Below, one piece after another: positions 1-9,458 of a stretch of 64,000 nt of DNA (its first letter is position 1; the number at the start of each line of letters is the position of its first letter). This DNA comes from Bacillota bacterium (GTDB lineage Bacteria > Bacillota > DTU025). A program made the translations under genes and the position numbers. The stretch lies in assembly GCA_050951805.1 (NCBI GenBank), contig JBMNJT010000002.1, positions 1-64,000 of the forward strand. The letters are read 5' to 3'. The notes under the pieces are model-generated. The model was not told where the DNA came from. It saw only the letters and a list, made by a program, of their open reading frames with translations, and did not search any database.

Positions 1-180
1 CAATGGAGCCACGGTTTTTCAACCATGGAGACATCTATCATCAGGGCTGGTTTCGGTCTAGTGGAGGAGGTTTCAATGGAGCCACGGTTTTTCAACCATG
101 GAGACAGCGCACCAGCACGATGTCCTGGGAAGGAGTGCAGAGTCGTTTCAATGGAGCCACGGTTTTTCAACCATGGAGAC
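1..180 (-). CRISPR. CRISPR array, leader-proximal end; continues beyond the left window edge; 36-bp repeat GTCTCCATGGTTGAAAAACCGTGGCTCCATTGAAAC (minus strand)
   Basis: Identical repeats at 1-32 (partial), 70-105 and 145-180, with unique spacers at 33-69 (37 bp) and 106-144 (39 bp). Minus orientation is supported by the 3' ATTGAAAC end, a GAAA loop, and a stem CCAUGGUU/AACCGUGG that pairs fully (one G-U) only on the minus strand. Confidence 0.97.
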
Positions 181-480
181 CCCCCACGTTTTCCGCGGGG
201 ATCTAGCTGGGCGCTAATTGGCGATTTCGAGTGCCTTCTGTGCCCCGGACAGAAACTATTCAATTCTTCAGCTACAAGGCGGGATGCGCGACGTGTAGCT
301 GTGCGTTTGTGTTTCGAGCACCTCCCTGCATTCTGGCGTGTTCTGAGGTGCTCGAAATTACCCGCATCTGACAAGTGAGCGCCTCCCTATTAAAACATAC
401 TATTCGCTCGTTGCGAGATTTCTCCTTCCGGGATCGCAAAGTAATAGTGGATAACTAGAACACATGCCTGAGGCCACGAT
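181..480 (-). promoter_or_regulatory. Putative CRISPR leader
   Basis: Non-coding stretch directly adjoining an intact terminal repeat, upstream in the inferred transcription direction. The far boundary is approximate. Confidence 0.6.
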
Positions 481-1114
481 TTTCATAACATAGCAGTCTT
501 CCGCTGGATGCAAGGCGGGGCATTGTGAGAACGCCATGCACTGGCTGACCTGGCAATGCTGGAGCAATGAATAGATAGTTGGGCGCCGTTGCTCAGATTT
601 TCAACCTGAACGTCCCTCCTGTTAGTGCGACCTGTGAGACTCCCTCCATCTGGGCTGCTATAAAGGGTGTGGGAGCTACCCAGTATTTCTTGCCAATCAC
701 GCTTCGTTTTTCCCGTCAAATACTGCGATTGGGCCACATGACACTGTCCCGACTAGTCTACATCTCCAGATATCCGGATCAGGGCTGCACGAGAATGTTC
801 GGCTACCTTTCGAAGCTACTCAGTCGTTGCTTGGACTGAATGCACCAGTTTTTTGCTCTGAGGACGTCTAGATTTCCGGGGTTGAGATGCCTCAGATTGC
901 CGTGATCTCGATAGAATGTTACTCCCACAAAAGCAGCGCCCCTTAAGCGCGAACCCGTGAAGGGTAGAGGCTGTGCCTGCCTGTCACCGGAGTGCAGATT
1001 TCTTCTAAACTTCCCACATTCTCGGAAGGGCTTCTGAGCGTTTTGGCGAAACATTAAGGAAATGATTTGTCTACAGTATTGCTTTCGATAATGTCGATGA
1101 TTGGAGGCCGTGGG

Positions 1115-2206
1115 ATGGCTGAGCCTGTGTTGGAATTTGCTCAGGACATCGACCTCAAAGTTGTGACGCCACTCTTTCTCGGCAGTGCCACGCAAAGCAA
1201 GGCGGAGTTGCGCCCACCTTCCATCAAAGGAGTCATGAGATTTTGGCATCGGGCAACAGGGCCCGAAGGCCTGGAAACCGAGGCCGCTCTCTTCGGCAGT
1301 TCGGGGAAGGCGGCCTCCGGCCAAGCACCATTTCTGATCCGCATGGATACCGCTATGCTGAGCGGGCAGACCCTCGATCACGTGAAAGCGCCCCTGGCTT
1401 ACTTGGGCTACGGCGCCATAAACAAGGGGCAGAGCCGCCCGTTCATCCCTCCTGGGACCGATATCAAGCTTAAACTCGTTTTCAAGCCTAGCGCCTCTTC
1501 AGATGTGAAAGACGGAGTGTTGCGTAGCCTTAGGCTGATGAACTACTTCGGCGGACTAGGGGCGCGTAGCCGCCGCGGCTGGGGTTCAGTTGTGTTTGCC
1601 GACGACTTGCCAACCGACTTCGATGACCTTGTGTCTCGCCTGCAAGATGAAGTAGCTGCGCTCAACATTCCTCAATCCCGAGAAGCTAGATATACATCTT
1701 TTAGTGGCGAATCGCGTGTAGTAGCGCTGCCGGCAGGCAAATCGTGGGAGGAGGCTCTAAGTACTGTTGGACAGCAGATGATGATGCTCCGCAACCCCAA
1801 GACTAGTCCCCCTGATTATCCCTGGGCAATTCGGGATGTGCGTATGGTGTCGGGCTATGTAAAGAATGGCGCTGCCGAACAAGCCCCTTATAGGGCCATG
1901 TTCGGGCTGCCCCACAACTATTTCTTTGGCACAACGAAAGACAAAGTCAACATTGAGGGGGCCAATAAGGATTTCTCAAGGCGTGCAAGTCCCCTGTTCA
2001 TCCACGTCCATCTCTTGCAGAACGGGCAGTACGCCGTTGTGTTGACATTCCTGCCTGCGCCATTGCTCCCTGCAGGACAGAAGATAAGCATGGGGACACA
2101 AAAGCAGCGGACGATTACAGTTTCTCCTCCAACTAGCTGGGGAGCTGTTGAAGGCTTCCTTGATCACATAGCTGGGCAGCCCGGAGCAAAGGAGGTGCTG
2201 ATATAG
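1115..2206 (+). CDS. cmr1: Type III-B RAMP protein Cmr1
   Basis: VVTPLFLG, ELRPPSIKGVMRFWHRA, GGLGARSRRGWGS, FGLPHNY and RRASPL motifs; GGAGG RBS at 1103-1107 before ATG 1115. Confidence 0.93.
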   Translation: MAEPVLEFAQDIDLKVVTPLFLGSATQSKAELRPPSIKGVMRFWHRATGPEGLETEAALFGSSGKAASGQAPFLIRMDTAMLSGQTLDHVKAPLAYLGYGAINKGQSRPFIPPGTDIKLKLVFKPSASSDVKDGVLRSLRLMNYFGGLGARSRRGWGSVVFADDLPTDFDDLVSRLQDEVAALNIPQSREARYTSFSGESRVVALPAGKSWEEALSTVGQQMMMLRNPKTSPPDYPWAIRDVRMVSGYVKNGAAEQAPYRAMFGLPHNYFFGTTKDKVNIEGANKDFSRRASPLFIHVHLLQNGQYAVVLTFLPAPLLPAGQKISMGTQKQRTITVSPPTSWGAVEGFLDHIAGQPGAKEVLI

Positions 2207-2208
2207 CC

Positions 2209-4032
2209 GTGGAACCGATTGGCAGAGACAAGAATTCAGTATCTGCGTCGTGTGGGCTGGGGCATCAGCCACATCCGGAGCGGATTCTCGATTTCACCAT
2301 CGCCCCCGTGCAGGGATTTGTCGGGCAGGCCAGGCGCACCAGGGATTTTTGGGCTGGCTCATACCTCATCTCCTATCTGACTGCCCATGCCATCAAGGCC
2401 GTTCTCCAAGCTGGACCTTGCCTTCCCGGCCAAACACCGGAGCAAAACGCAAACAGAATCATATTCCCCCACATTGATGACGATCCGCTTCTCGCTGCGG
2501 TGATGGGGAGGGCGACGCCGCAGAGTGGGTCCGATGAAGGCGCTCGGATTGCATCCCTTCCCAACCGGTTCAGCGCCGAGTGCCATGACCCGGTATCTGC
2601 AGGGAAGGCGGCTGCGCAGGCTGTCCAGAGCGCTTGGCAGAGTTTGGCTCTTGAGGTATGGAAGACAGTCTGCAATCGTCTGAGGCGGTCCTTCAGATAT
2701 TCTGAACTTCTGCCCGAACTCGCTTGCCAAGATTCTCTCCCGCCGACATGGTCTCGTCAGATTGAAAACCATTGGGAACTCTACTGGGTTGCCGGGGCTG
2801 GGCCGTCCGGGGTTGATCAACGAAAGAACTGGCGACAGATGCACATGTTCGATGAGACCGGAGAAGTCTGCACCATGTGTGGCGAGCGAGTGATTGCATT
2901 TGGAGCGGAATTGCCCAGATGGCAGGCGCGTCAGATATGGCATGGAGCGGGTGGGGTCATCGAATCGATAAATGGCGAGAGTGGCAGTGGCGGATGGGCT
3001 CTCGCGCTCGATCCTGACCAAAAAGAGCGCCTCTGCGCTGTCTGCATGGTGAAAAGGTTATTCCCCTACATCGCGCAAGAGGCAATTGGCTGGCCTGTAC
3101 CTGTCAGCTTTCCGTCCACGCATGACCTGGCGTGCAGGCCAGGTGAGAAGGCAAGCTCTGACTCTGGAGATCTGGCCTTTCCATACTACGCGATCCTTTT
3201 TATGGATGGAGACAGCATGGGCAAGCACCTTAGCAGCAACCCTGAACGGACAGGCCAGATATCCAGGGCCATCTCAGGTTTTAGCCGTGCGGTGCCGCAG
3301 ATTGTGGAGCGCGAATACCATGGCAAAGTTGTGTACGCTGGCGGCGACGATGTCCTGGCGCTCCTCCCTGTCGATGAGGCCCTCAATTGCGCTGTCCGCC
3401 TCCGCCGGATGTTTGTTGAAAGCAGCAAGTTGGCCGAGGTTCCCATGACTATCTCCGCTGCCATCCTGTGCGTGCACGTGAAAAGCCCGCTGCAGGCCGC
3501 ACTTGCGACTGCACATCAGCTCTTGGATGACGTGGCCAAAGAAGGAATAGGCCGCGATGCCTTTGTGATCGAGGTGCGGAAGAGAGGGGGTTCACCGCTT
3601 GTCGTCGCAAAGCCATGGGAAGACAACTCACGCTGCGGTGCTGTGAACCGGAAGGACGGGCAGACGTGGGCCGAACGCATTGACGAACTGAGTGGCCAGA
3701 TATTCGGCTCCGAAGATGAGGGCTACTCCTCCAGGTTCCTGTACAGCGCCGCAGAACTGCTGGAACCCTTTGCCCGTTCAGTCAAGGAACACGGTGTTGA
3801 GGGGCCTGCCTTTGAGGCGGCGGACATGATCCCTGTCTTGGCAGCCGAATACCTGCGTGGGCCAGGTGCCTTGCTTGAGATCGATTGGGATGAATCTGTC
3901 CGGAGGATGACGGAATTATACGACTTGTGTAGATGGGAGCCGCGGGAGTCCGGCAAGATTCGCGACCACGTTTTGCAGCCTGAAGCATTGCCGATTGTGA
4001 GGTTTCTGGCAGAGGCGAAAGGGGTGAAGTAG
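2209..4032 (+). CDS. cas10: Cas10/Cmr2 cyclase, HD-less, with intact GGDD
   Basis: PVQGFVGQARRTRDFWAGSYLISYL N-terminus, CxxC zinc motifs, MDGDSMG and VYAGGDDVLA palm motif; no N-terminal HD domain. Confidence 0.95.
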   Translation: MEPIGRDKNSVSASCGLGHQPHPERILDFTIAPVQGFVGQARRTRDFWAGSYLISYLTAHAIKAVLQAGPCLPGQTPEQNANRIIFPHIDDDPLLAAVMGRATPQSGSDEGARIASLPNRFSAECHDPVSAGKAAAQAVQSAWQSLALEVWKTVCNRLRRSFRYSELLPELACQDSLPPTWSRQIENHWELYWVAGAGPSGVDQRKNWRQMHMFDETGEVCTMCGERVIAFGAELPRWQARQIWHGAGGVIESINGESGSGGWALALDPDQKERLCAVCMVKRLFPYIAQEAIGWPVPVSFPSTHDLACRPGEKASSDSGDLAFPYYAILFMDGDSMGKHLSSNPERTGQISRAISGFSRAVPQIVEREYHGKVVYAGGDDVLALLPVDEALNCAVRLRRMFVESSKLAEVPMTISAAILCVHVKSPLQAALATAHQLLDDVAKEGIGRDAFVIEVRKRGGSPLVVAKPWEDNSRCGAVNRKDGQTWAERIDELSGQIFGSEDEGYSSRFLYSAAELLEPFARSVKEHGVEGPAFEAADMIPVLAAEYLRGPGALLEIDWDESVRRMTELYDLCRWEPRESGKIRDHVLQPEALPIVRFLAEAKGVK

Positions 4033-4034
4033 AC

Positions 4035-5273
4035 ATGGCGGAAAAGCTCTTTCTCTTTGGCTGCGAGGAAAGCTACTTCTTTCGGGACGGAACGCCGTTC
4101 ACTGCCGGAGAAGACACGTTCCTTCCGTCGAGTTTCCCGCCCAGCTGCAATGTACTGCACGGCGCAGTGCGCACGGCCATAATGCGAGGCCACGGCCTGG
4201 ATTTCGGGGAATATGCGCAAGGTCGGTGCAGCGTGTGCGGTTGTGCCCAGGAAGACTGCGAGGTCTTGAAAGCCATGAGTGGCAGCCCAGATGAGCCTGA
4301 AGACGCGGGAATGGACCTGATTGGTCCGTTCGTGACGCGGGAGACAGAAACCGGAGTGGAGCGTCTATACAGAGCCCCATCTGATTTGGTGCAGGTAGAA
4401 TCTGTTGCTTCCGAGATCGAGTTCGGCCGTTTGCATCCGTCCCCAGAGCCCGTCATGACCGACATTGGCAGAGTCTTTATGCCCTCATCCGATGTGCGTT
4501 GTAAGTCTTTGTCTGATGTATGGATAAGCGAGAACGGGCTTTTGGGCTATCTTTTGGGGGCTGACGTCAGCCCAGATGAGGCCTACTATTCGGCTAAGAA
4601 GGATGGAGCTTCAGAGCAAGGACGGGCGTTCCTGTTGCGGGAGGAGAGGATCGGAATAGCGAGACAGAGAGCTACCGGCGCTACGCAAGAAGGAATGCTC
4701 TATGCGATTGAACATATCCGCTTTTTGCATGGGCCAACTGAGAAGTTCGGAATGGGCGTGCGTGTCCGCGGATGTCCGGATACGCCAGTTCCCAACGTGG
4801 TCAGGCTTGGAGGGGAAGGGCGTTTTACGAGCCTGAGAGTAAAGCGTTCGAAGCCGTTCCCTGCAGACGGCGTCGCTGAAGCGATCGATCGGGGTCCGAG
4901 TTTGTTCGGCGAGCGGGGTTTCAAAGCGGTCTTCACGACCCCTGTCCAGTTCTGCGCTGGAGATGATGGTGACGGATGGCTGCCGCCAGGATTTGACCAG
5001 TGCGAACGTGACGGCGCACTGGTCTGGGAAGGGATTTTGCGAGACATGCGGTGCACACTTGTGAGCGTGTGCTCGGATAGGCCTGTTCGCATAGGCGGTT
5101 GGAATATGGTGCTCAACCAGCCCAAGCCGCGATTGGCTTACGTGCCGGCCGGAGCTGTCTACTACTTCACAACTCCTCACACGGGAGCGGAGGTTGTGGC
5201 GGCGTTCCATGACGCCAAAATTGGAATGGACACTCGCATAGGTTTCGGCCATGCAGTAGTCGGGAGGTGGTAG
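4035..5273 (+). CDS. cmr3: Type III-B RAMP protein Cmr3
   Basis: FFRDGTPF, EERIGIAR, LGGEGR, VPAGAVYYF and IGFG motifs; position after cas10. Confidence 0.93.
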   Translation: MAEKLFLFGCEESYFFRDGTPFTAGEDTFLPSSFPPSCNVLHGAVRTAIMRGHGLDFGEYAQGRCSVCGCAQEDCEVLKAMSGSPDEPEDAGMDLIGPFVTRETETGVERLYRAPSDLVQVESVASEIEFGRLHPSPEPVMTDIGRVFMPSSDVRCKSLSDVWISENGLLGYLLGADVSPDEAYYSAKKDGASEQGRAFLLREERIGIARQRATGATQEGMLYAIEHIRFLHGPTEKFGMGVRVRGCPDTPVPNVVRLGGEGRFTSLRVKRSKPFPADGVAEAIDRGPSLFGERGFKAVFTTPVQFCAGDDGDGWLPPGFDQCERDGALVWEGILRDMRCTLVSVCSDRPVRIGGWNMVLNQPKPRLAYVPAGAVYYFTTPHTGAEVVAAFHDAKIGMDTRIGFGHAVVGRW

Positions 5274-6232
5274 TTTTGGATACCGCAAAAGGAGTTCTGT
5301 TTCTCTATGGCCAAAGCTGGCTTCGCCCGGGAGCGGGAGCAAGCACCGGAGTGATCGACCTGCCCGTTCAGCGCGAGGTGCACACGGACTACCCAATGAT
5401 TCCTGCGTCCAGTGTTAAGGGAAGTCTCCGCGAGACCGCCGAAGGAACGGTTTCTCAGGACGTGGTGGACGGCCTATTTGGACCGGAAGTCTACCGTCCT
5501 GCAGCAGGGGAGCCCCGCAGTAAGGAAAGGCATTTCGCCGGCGCCCTCACTGTAGGCGACGCCAAGTTGATCCTTTTTCCGGTCAGATCGCTTACCAGGT
5601 CGTTCTTTTGGGTGACGAGTCCGCTAGCCATTGCGCGTTTTCTGCGGGACCTCAAGACAGTCGGCATCAACCCCGGTTGGGATGGACCATGCAATGTCGA
5701 CGGCGCCCGGGCGCTAGTGCCGCAGGAATGCAAGACTTCGTCCCGTCTCTACCTGGAAGAGATGGATTTCGAGCCTCAAAAAGATCCAGCCGTATCAGCC
5801 ATAGCTCAGTTCTTAGCAGAAAAGTTCGATGCCTCCATAATAGGCGCTGCTTTCAATGAGAAGCTCAAAAGCGATATTGCGGTTTTGAGCGACGACGAAT
5901 TCGCATATTTCGTTCGCTATGCCACGCAAGTTTCCGCCAGGACCCAATTGACTTCCAACAAGACTACAGACAAGACGATCGGGCCCGATGGCAAGATCGA
6001 ACAGGGTAATCTCTGGTATGAAGAGACATTGCCTCCCGAGACTGTTTTCTACATCCCGCTCATGGCCAGTGCGGCCAAGGGAGGCGGAGCCCAAGATCAG
6101 CTTTCAACCGGGAACGCGGTAATGGACAAGCTCGACCGCGAGGTGCTGGCAAATCACTTCATACAGCTTGGCGGGAACGAGACATTGGGGCATGGTTGGT
6201 GCGCAGCCTTCCTTGTGAGGGGGGATCGATAA
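5267..6232 (+). CDS. cmr4: Type III-B backbone nuclease Cmr4
   Basis: GVIDLPVQREVHTDYPMIPASSVKGSLR, LWYEETLPPET and QLGGNETLGHG motifs. Confidence 0.95.
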   Translation: MVVLDTAKGVLFLYGQSWLRPGAGASTGVIDLPVQREVHTDYPMIPASSVKGSLRETAEGTVSQDVVDGLFGPEVYRPAAGEPRSKERHFAGALTVGDAKLILFPVRSLTRSFFWVTSPLAIARFLRDLKTVGINPGWDGPCNVDGARALVPQECKTSSRLYLEEMDFEPQKDPAVSAIAQFLAEKFDASIIGAAFNEKLKSDIAVLSDDEFAYFVRYATQVSARTQLTSNKTTDKTIGPDGKIEQGNLWYEETLPPETVFYIPLMASAAKGGGAQDQLSTGNAVMDKLDREVLANHFIQLGGNETLGHGWCAAFLVRGDR

Positions 6233-6682
6233 TGCGCACGCTAGAACAGGAGCGTGCTCTCTTCGCTTGGGAGCGGGTCAACTCAGTCTGCAAAGACCAT
6301 CCAAACATGCCAAGGATGTCGCCATGAACATCAGGAAGATGCCGACAATGGTGTTGACTAACGGGTTAGGCCAGACCTTGGCGTTTCTGCTTCAGAAGGA
6401 CGAAGGGAGGAGATCGGGGCCGGAGTATATCGTGTACGACATGATCGCAGAATGGATTGTGGACGAAGCGTAAACTATATGCGGGGCCCAGGGCTGACTT
6501 GATGAACCAGGCTGATTCAGGGGGACAGATACCTTTACCGGCAGGCCCAGGAGGAAACGTGGGCTATGTTGGCGTGGCTCAAGAAGTTCGCCGATGCCTA
6601 TATTGGAGCCGGCGAAGGCCTGGAGGAAAAGGGCTCTGATGTGGGCGGCGGGCGCCCCCACGGAGGGGAGGGGCGATCATAG
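6232..6682 (+). CDS. cmr5: Type III-B small subunit Cmr5 (about 3 frameshifts in this read)
   Basis: ATG overlaps the cmr4 stop. MRTLEQERALFAW..., RKMPTMVLTNGLGQTLAFL and ...AQEETWAMLAWLKKFADA lie in different frames; TAG at 6680-6682 abuts the cmr6 ATG. Confidence 0.85.
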
Positions 6683-7799
6683 ATGCTGCCTCTCTACAAA
6701 GACGCAGAAGAGTGGCTACAGCACCGTCAGGATTCCAATCTTGGGCTGGAGTATGACAAGTACATAGACGAATGGTCGAAAACCGGCGATGCAGAAGGAG
6801 TAAGGGTCTCCATGGACCCAAAAGGAAAGCAGCGTTTCTACGCCCGGTTTGCTACATCCCCGGGCAACTACTGTTCCAGCCTTCTCCGGGACTATCGGGA
6901 GCGAAGATACAGGCTCCTGTGGGAGCTGGGCGGCAAGGTTGTTCGCGCCAGGACTGTGTGGCGATTCGTGTCAGGGCTAGGCGCCTCGCACCCATTGGAA
7001 GCCGGATTCATCTGGCACCGCACACTGGGAGTTCCATACTTGCCCAGTTCCTCCGTAAAGGGCATGGTTAGGGCCTGGCTTACCCACTGGCTTGGCGGGG
7101 CAGACGATGTGGCTGCTGAGCGCGCGAGGGCACGAGCTGCGGAGCTTTTCGGTGACACTGAGACAGTGGGCATGGGACGGCTGATGTTCTTCGATGCCGT
7201 GCCGGAGAGTCCGCCGAGGCTGGAAATGGACATTATGAATCCGCACTATGGCCCCTACTACTCCGACCCTCAAAAGCAACCTCCCGGGCGATTATTACTC
7301 GCCGGTGCCAGTCAACTTCCTTGTGGTTCCGGCAGGGCAATGGTTCGAGTTCACGTTGGCTCCTGCGGATCCGAGGTGCACTGAAGACGATTTGGCAGAA
7401 GGAATCGAATTGCTTCAGAAGGCCCTCGAGGTTATCGGCTGCGGTGCGAAGACAGCTGTTGGCTACGGAGTGTTCGAGTCCTTTCAGGACAAGACGGATG
7501 AGGTGTTTGCCGAATTTCGGAGGCAAGAAGAGAACGCCGAGCTTGAGAAGCTGTCTCCTCTGGAGAGGAAGCTTCGGGAACTGGAGATCGCCGTTGAGAA
7601 AGAAGGACAGACCGATACGATCATCAAGACAACTACGGACTTGTATTACGAGATGAGTACGATGAGTGATGACGACAAGCTGGTCGTTGCGCAGACGCTC
7701 AGAGATGTTTGGATGGCTGTTGGGCGTTGGTCCGGCAAGCTCAGCAAGAAGCAGAGAGAAAAAGTAGCGGAGGTAAAGAGAGTGTTGGGGGAGGTTTGA
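6683..7799 (+). CDS. cmr6: Type III-B RAMP protein Cmr6 with C-terminal helical extension (one frameshift near 7280)
   Basis: GLGASHPLEAGFIWHRTLGVPYLPSSSVKG and DIMNPHYGPYY in one frame; PVPVNFL and GCGAKTAVGYG in the next frame. Confidence 0.9.
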
Positions 7800-7805
7800 G
7801 GATCA

Positions 7806-9037
7806 ATGGCTCGGGAAAGAGTATTGGTTTTTGCGCCGGGGACCATGCCGAGGGAGGCAGATTACTTCCTGCCTGAGAGCCCCGACGTGCTTGAGACGAC
7901 GAACTTAGCGCCAATCGCCCTGGTGAAGTTGGAAAAAAAGGTACGCGGTAAGGAATATCCCGATAATGTGATCGCGCTCTGCACCCAGGAGGTCATGGAC
8001 GAGAGAGTGGCGGGAATAGAATCCGATTTTGCCAAGCTTGGCATCGATGTGAGTCCGCTTGAGGTTCCCAATGGCAAGGACGAGGAACGAGCTGAAGGAT
8101 ATAGTCAGAATACTGCTGCAGGCTATTCCGGATGAGTGCGATTTGACGCTCGATATAACTCATGGCTTTCGGTCGAGCCCGTTCGTCTTTTCAGTTGCCG
8201 CTCAGTATCTGAGCTTTCTACGGCCGTCGGTGACAATAGAAGGGCTTTACTATGGCATGTTGGGCAAGACGCGAGCCAGATTCCTGCTCCCCGCACGCCT
8301 TTGGTGGATATGAGCATTTTCCTCGAGCTTATGGATTGGGTGTACGCGGTGCGCGTCTTTCCGCGACACCTATATGCCGCAGAAGCTGGCGGACATGGTC
8401 AAGCGGGCGGCCGGGGGCTCTGACGATGCAGACGGGATCATAGAGTCGATAACGAGATTTGCAAACGCCTTCGAACTGGGCCTGCCTATCGAGCTTGCTG
8501 AGCGAGCTGTCGACCTCCGTAAGCAGGTGAGCCCTCCATTGCCCGAAACACTTGAGTCAACTGTCTTGCTGCCTGATGAGTTGTTTGGGGAGGTTTCAAG
8601 GCTGGCGGCGGACTTTGCTCCCGCACAGCGGAGACCGAGTCCCCGATACACTCAGTTGGGAAGAGATTCGTAGACAGGTTCGGGTTATAGATAGATATAT
8701 CGAGGCAGGCCATGCCGTCAATTCCGTCGGCATGATGCGGGAATGGGTCATATTGATGGTCATATACTACAACGGCGACAGGGACAAGTGGCGGACTCGG
8801 GAGGAAAGAAAGAGCGCCGAAGATTTGGCGAACAAAGGCAGATGGGTGTCGCGGGAACTGTACAGAATAAAGGACCGCGTATGGGAGCTGCGAAACAATC
8901 TTCATCATCATGGCCACGAGGCTACAGATAATTTGGATGTAGATGAAATGGCTAACCGAGTTCGGCGAGTTTGGGCTGACTTGAGGCCTTATATGAATCG
9001 GCCGGCTGACTGGAAGATAGAGCCCTGGGGATACTAG
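7806..9037 (+). CDS. csx1: Csx1/TM1812-like CARF (DxTHG) + HEPN ribonuclease effector (about 4 frameshifts)
   Basis: LDITHGFRS CARF motif, YYGML, LMDW..AV..F, and a C-terminal RNNLHH (R-X4-H HEPN) motif, spread over consecutive overlapping ORFs. Confidence 0.82.
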
Positions 9038-9056
9038 CGCCTTTGGAGGATGAGCA

Positions 9057-9458
9057 ATGATAGTAGTGAACTTCTCGCACCCGCTCAGTGAAGAACAGCA
9101 GCGTCGGATAGAGGCTCTGACTGGCCAGACAATAGATGCAGTGTACGATATACCATGTCAGCTCGATCAGGACAAGGCGTTTGCTCCGCAGATTGCAGGT
9201 ATTATCGATGCCGTTCCTGTTCTGGCTGAGGACTGGCAAACCAATTCAGTGTTAGTGAACTTGCCCGGCCTGCACAACGCAGCGGCGTTGGTAGTGGCCG
9301 AACTTCATGGACGCATGGGGCACTTTCCCGCCTGCGTGCGCATTAGGCCTGTGGCGGGCAGCGTGCCCACACAATTCGAAGTAGCAGAGATAATCAACTT
9401 GGAAGCTGTGAGGCAGGAAGCGAGGACAAGACGGTTTCCTGGGAGTGCAAATAAGTGA
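9057..9458 (+). CDS. csx15: CRISPR-associated protein Csx15 (putative ring nuclease)
   Basis: NFSHPLSEEQ...IEALTG, VNLPGL, LHGRMGHFP and EIINL..VR..AR signature; 133 aa; follows the CARF effector. Confidence 0.88.
   Translation: MIVVNFSHPLSEEQQRRIEALTGQTIDAVYDIPCQLDQDKAFAPQIAGIIDAVPVLAEDWQTNSVLVNLPGLHNAAALVVAELHGRMGHFPACVRIRPVAGSVPTQFEVAEIINLEAVRQEARTRRFPGSANK

Noticed and set aside
3-378. Short ORFs with repeated MEPRFFNHGD / FNGATVFQPWR peptides
   Set aside because: These are translations of the CRISPR repeats, not proteins.
480-1100. ORFs between the leader and cmr1 (possible cas2 or regulator)
   Set aside because: No recognisable motifs or RBS; the frames overlap and conflict. Treated as intergenic.
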